From contig JBHGNT010000003.1 of assembly GCA_043228905.1 (NCBI GenBank), positions 3,286,001-3,350,000 on the forward strand: a stretch of 64,000 nt of DNA. The letters are read 5' to 3'. The notes beneath the pieces are model-generated. The model had not been told where the DNA came from, searched no databases, and saw nothing but the letters and a program-made list of their open reading frames with translations. The translations under genes were made by a program, and so were the position numbers. Shown here piece after piece: positions 59,917 through 64,000 of the stretch. The stretch comes from Azolla caroliniana (lineage: Eukaryota; Plantae; Polypodiophyta). How positions within the stretch are numbered: the first letter of the stretch is position 1; each line of letters begins with the position of its first letter.

Positions 59917-62900
59917 AGTCACGGATAAAGGGGATCGCGTCAGACCCAAGTTTACGAGATTCGGCCAGCATAGGACACACGTTCACCGACATAACGCTAT
60001 GGGAGCTCAAGGTTGGTGGGGGTGGCTTTCTACTGCCGGAGGAGGAGGACCGGTTTTGGAGGATGCTCGGAAGGCACAGGAAGGCCTTCGCATTCTCGCC
60101 GGAGGAGATCAGGTGCGTAGACCCGACAATGGTCGAGCCAATGGTGATCTTCACGGTACCGCATGTGCCGTGGAATCTCAAACTGATTCCAGTGCCTAGA
60201 GCTCACATCCCGATGTTGATGGAGCTACTAAAGCAGAAGGTGGATACGGGCATCCTCAAACCGTCGAGTGCCCCATACTTGAATCGGTGGTTCACGGTGC
60301 CAAAGAAGAATGGCACCTTGCGCTTCATACAGGACCTGCAACTGGTCAACAAGGTGACCATCCGTAACGCAGGAATCGGGCCGACCATAGACGAGTTCGT
60401 GGAGGCCTTCGCCGAAAGGTCGATCTATTCGGTCAGTGATTTATACTCGGGGTACGACCAGTTCCAACTAGCCGTAGAGAGGAGGGACATCACGACAATG
60501 CGGACTCCTCTCGGCTTGGTGCGGATGTGTACCCTACCGCAAGGAGGAACGAATTCGGTGGCGCACATGGTGAACGCAATGAACAAGGTGCTGAGGGGCT
60601 GCATCCCGGACATCATTATGCCGTTCCCAGACGACGTACCGATAAAAGGGTGTCCGGTGGAGGATGCAGACGAAACGGTTGGGCCGGATGGATGTCGGAG
60701 GTTCGTCGTGAACCACATCGACGACTGCGATAAGGTGTTGTAGAGGCTCGAAAATGCGCGGCTCACCTTCTCCGAAGAGAAATCAGCGTTCGCACAGACG
60801 GAGATCCTAGTAGTCGGACACCTATGCAGGCCCTATGGCCAGAAACCATCCTCGGCAAAGGTGAAAGCCATCTCCGTGATGAAGGACGATTGCAGGTCGG
60901 TTACGGAGGTCCGCAGATTCTTGGGTGCGTGCGCGTTCTACCACATCTAGATTCCGCACTACGCACATGTCACAGAACCGCTCTACGGGCTATTGAAGAA
61001 AGGGAGTAGGTTCGAGTGGAGGACGGAGCACACGGAGTCGGTCCGGAGACTGAAGGAGGCGCTTGCTGCGGCACCAGCTCTCCAGAAAGTGGTTTATGGC
61101 AAGGAAGTCCCCATCTACGTGACGGTGGACACGAGCTCAACCGGGATCGGGTGGGTGATCAGTCAGGAGGCCAAGGACGGCGTACGGTTCCCGATCCAGT
61201 TCGGGGCGAAGGTGTTGAGCGAGCGGCAGCGAGGATACGCCCAAGTTAAGCGCGAGCTATGGGGTATCATTTCGGCAGCCAAGGCCGACAAGGACTATCT
61301 GATCGGGACGAAAGTGATCATCGAGACGGACTGCCTACCGATTCTGGGTATGGTCTCCAGATGCGCGACTCCGAACCTGGCGATGCTCAGGTGGATCGCG
61401 TACATCAAGTCCCTGAACCCGGAGATACGGCACATCTCCGGGAAAGATAATGCCATGGCTGATATGCTTTCAAGGGCGCGGTTCAGCGATGAGGACGGCA
61501 TGGTTTCGGATAACGAAGAAGTCGGCGAGGACTTCTTCGGGTCAGCCAACATTACAACAAGAAAGGGGAGCACTCCGGCACTAAACAAGTTCGACGAGAG
61601 CGAATACGACGAAGAGTGGCTCCGAATCAGGAGGTTCCTACGGACGATGACGCCAGACGCGGCGTGGACGAGAGAAAAGGCATGCCAGGTGTGGAGGAAG
61701 GCATATCGGTTCTTCCTACGGGAAGGGTGCATATGGGAAGCACCCGAAGAAGCGAAGCAACACCCCACTCCGCGTAGTGGCGAGGGAGGACGAGCAGAAA
61801 GTGCTGCTTATGGAGTACCACGAGAGTCCTTGGGCCGGACACAGCGGGATATGGGCCACATTCGAGAAGCTGAAGGGGAAGTACTGGTGGTCGGGACTAT
61901 ACCGAGACGTGCATCGGTTCGTAACGACTTGCGAAAGCTATCAGATGCACACCAGAGTAGGACATCGAGACGAGCTTCACCCGACCTACCCTCCGACCGT
62001 CCACTTCAAGTGGATGGTGGATCTGGTAACTATGTCGATGGGGCTAGGGCAGATGCGGTATCTGGTGCTAGCTCGGGAGGACCTGACGAACCAGGTGGAA
62101 GGTCGAGCGTTGCAAAACAAAATGACCGCGGCCGTATGCCGGTTTATAATCGAAGATGTGGTATGCCGGTACAGGTGCGTCGGTAAGATCGTGGCCGACC
62201 ACGGGGAATTGGACGCGCAAGAGGCGGAAGAGTTGTTTGACCAGCTAGGGTTTAAACTCTCGCTCACCACAGCGTACAATCCTGAGGCTAACGGGAAGGT
62301 GGAACGCGGACACGGGCCGATCATCAAAGCGTTAGTACGGGCGTGTGGAAGCCAAGTCGGGAATTGGTCACGGCTCTTACCCTATGCACTGTGGGTGGAC
62401 CGGACTACGCACAGTTCGGTAACGGGGTTCATGCCGACGGAACTAATGTACGGGAAAAAGCCGATCATGCCGGTGGAACGGACGATTTCTTCTTGGGTTG
62501 CGGTGGGCTGGAAGGACAAAATGAGCCAGGAAGAGTTGTTAGCGGAGCGGATCCGGCAACTTGAGTGGAGGCCGGAGGACAGAACGGGTGAAGGAGAAGC
62601 TACGCATGGCAAGGGAACGAAACAAAACCCGGTTCGACCGGACGCACCGGCTACGACCGAAGAGGATCGAGGAAGGCGATTGGGTGCTAGTTTAGGACTG
62701 CAGCCTCAACAACCAACACGAGGCGACCCGCAAATTTGCGAGGAGATGGTTCGGGCCCTACGCGGTGACGAGCACGAACGACAATGGCACGTACCATCTT
62801 GCGAAGCTCGACGGGACACGATTGGTGATGCCGGTAGCCGGGAAGCGGATTAAAGCGTTCAAGAAGCGGTACGAAGACGAGCCGGAGCGGGGGAGCAATA

Positions 62901-63643
62901 ACGACGACAATCGGTTCGGGGACGCCGATAGTCCGGAGGGCGACGAGTGAACGCGAGTCGGTTTTCTCCGGTATCTGTCCCTCTTCGGCGCATGCCGGTG
63001 GATGCGTGGTTTGGTGGGGGTGGATGTCGTGAAGAAAACAAGCCAGAAGCGGAATCGGCGAAGTAGGGCACATGAACCAGGCCTACACTTTTCCACACCA
63101 ATTGATACCTTGTAAATAACTAGGAGTAGGACAATGGAAGCAAAGAGACTAGATGTGACGCATTGAATATCTTGGAAATCAAAGAGTATCTCTATCTAAA
63201 AGGACAGAGAATAAATTGATGAAAACGAGGGTGCAACGGCCTGCCTCGAGGGCCTACAAAAGGGAAGGAAGAAGGCGGATGAAAATATGGCGTTTGAGGA
63301 GCGAGGACGGGTGTTGCCGGAGTGGGACTGAGCTCTCTCCTCCATCGTTCATCATTCTCTGCAGGATTTCGGACTGAGTTGCCTTTGCTTTGTGGACAGC
63401 CCGTGTGCTTCCAACAGAGGCTCCACAGTGCAGTCGGGGCTATGTGCGTGCATGAGCATCGTGTGTGTGTGTGTTCACCTGAGTTGGGTCCGTTGCCGGC
63501 TTGCCGGTTGTAATTGTTATTGATTTGTAATTAAGACTTTGTTCTCTTTCTCCCTCTGTGTTTCTACAAGCTGGTCTTTCTCTCTCTCTTCTTCTCACGC
63601 TCCTTGGTTCAAGGCCGCCGTGGTCCCGCCTCTTTCCACACGT

Positions 63644-64000
63644 TGTCGTGTGGTTTTTCACACACGATATGAAACCTACCAAAACAATTAATTAAGATTA
63701 GCTTAATGTATTCATATAGATAGATGTCTTCAAGAGTTTCATAGCGTATTTTACTACGCATGAAACGGATTAACAAGTATCAAGTTATGTGCGTATAAAG
63801 TTTGAAGAAGAAAGAAAAGACAAAACTGTGAGACAACATTGGAACCAAAGATATATAAGGGAAACCAAAACATATTCATTCTATCAATGTGTGGAGCATA
63901 GAATGTTCAAGGTGACTTGGGCTACACTGTGTGTTGTGCATGTTGCGTATGCATGGCCGTGTTGAAGCTTAGGGCGTACGCGTGCATGGACGATCGTGTG
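63644..64000. mobile_element. Probable LTR terminus of another element interrupting the C 3' LTR
   Basis: C LTR homology stops ~20 bp before its end; new sequence begins TGTCGTG, like the other gypsy termini here. Confidence 0.6.

Larger units (their letters stand above)
45664..63643 (+). mobile_element. Non-chromovirus gypsy C, degenerate, hosting a two-level copia nest
   Basis: 5' LTR remnant 45664-46206; PBS 46211-46228; gag-PR from 46251, interrupted at 48046 and resumed at 58990; pol to ~62950; 3' LTR 63025-63643. Confidence 0.92.

Noticed and set aside
63050-63090. B-box-like sequence in the element C LTR
   Set aside because: Weak match (GGTTCATGTGCC) with no correctly spaced A box
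4633-63643. Large inverted segmental duplication
   Set aside because: Oppositely oriented family pairs have different nesting orders, TSDs and divergence, so they are independent insertions

Overview
This window appears to be entirely nested plant LTR retrotransposons; I found no host gene. The mix of families (Tcn1-like chromoviruses, tRNA-Trp-primed non-chromovirus Ty3/gypsy, Tnt1-like and other Ty1/copia) suggests heterochromatin of a bryophyte such as a moss, but the organism is an inference. About 15 element copies or remnants can be delimited by LTR termini, primer binding sites (PBS), polypurine tracts (PPT) and target-site duplications (TSDs). One copia (51887-57217) looks fully intact, and one chromovirus (5033-10967) is intact except for a single nonsense codon. 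The most interesting signals are non-coding. (1) Two unrelated gypsy lineages carry a tRNA-like Pol III A-box/B-box module, antisense, near the outer edge of their LTRs. (2) Chromovirus LTRs combine this with long heat-shock-element arrays and a Tf1-type self-priming site, and one copy preserves an inversion at that site. (3) Both gypsy lineages have candidate -1 frameshift signals. (4) One copia family has a ~245-codon Pol C-terminal extension between two PPT-like motifs. (5) A probable 5'-truncated non-LTR retro-insertion sits inside an LTR. All calls were made by eye, without database searches.
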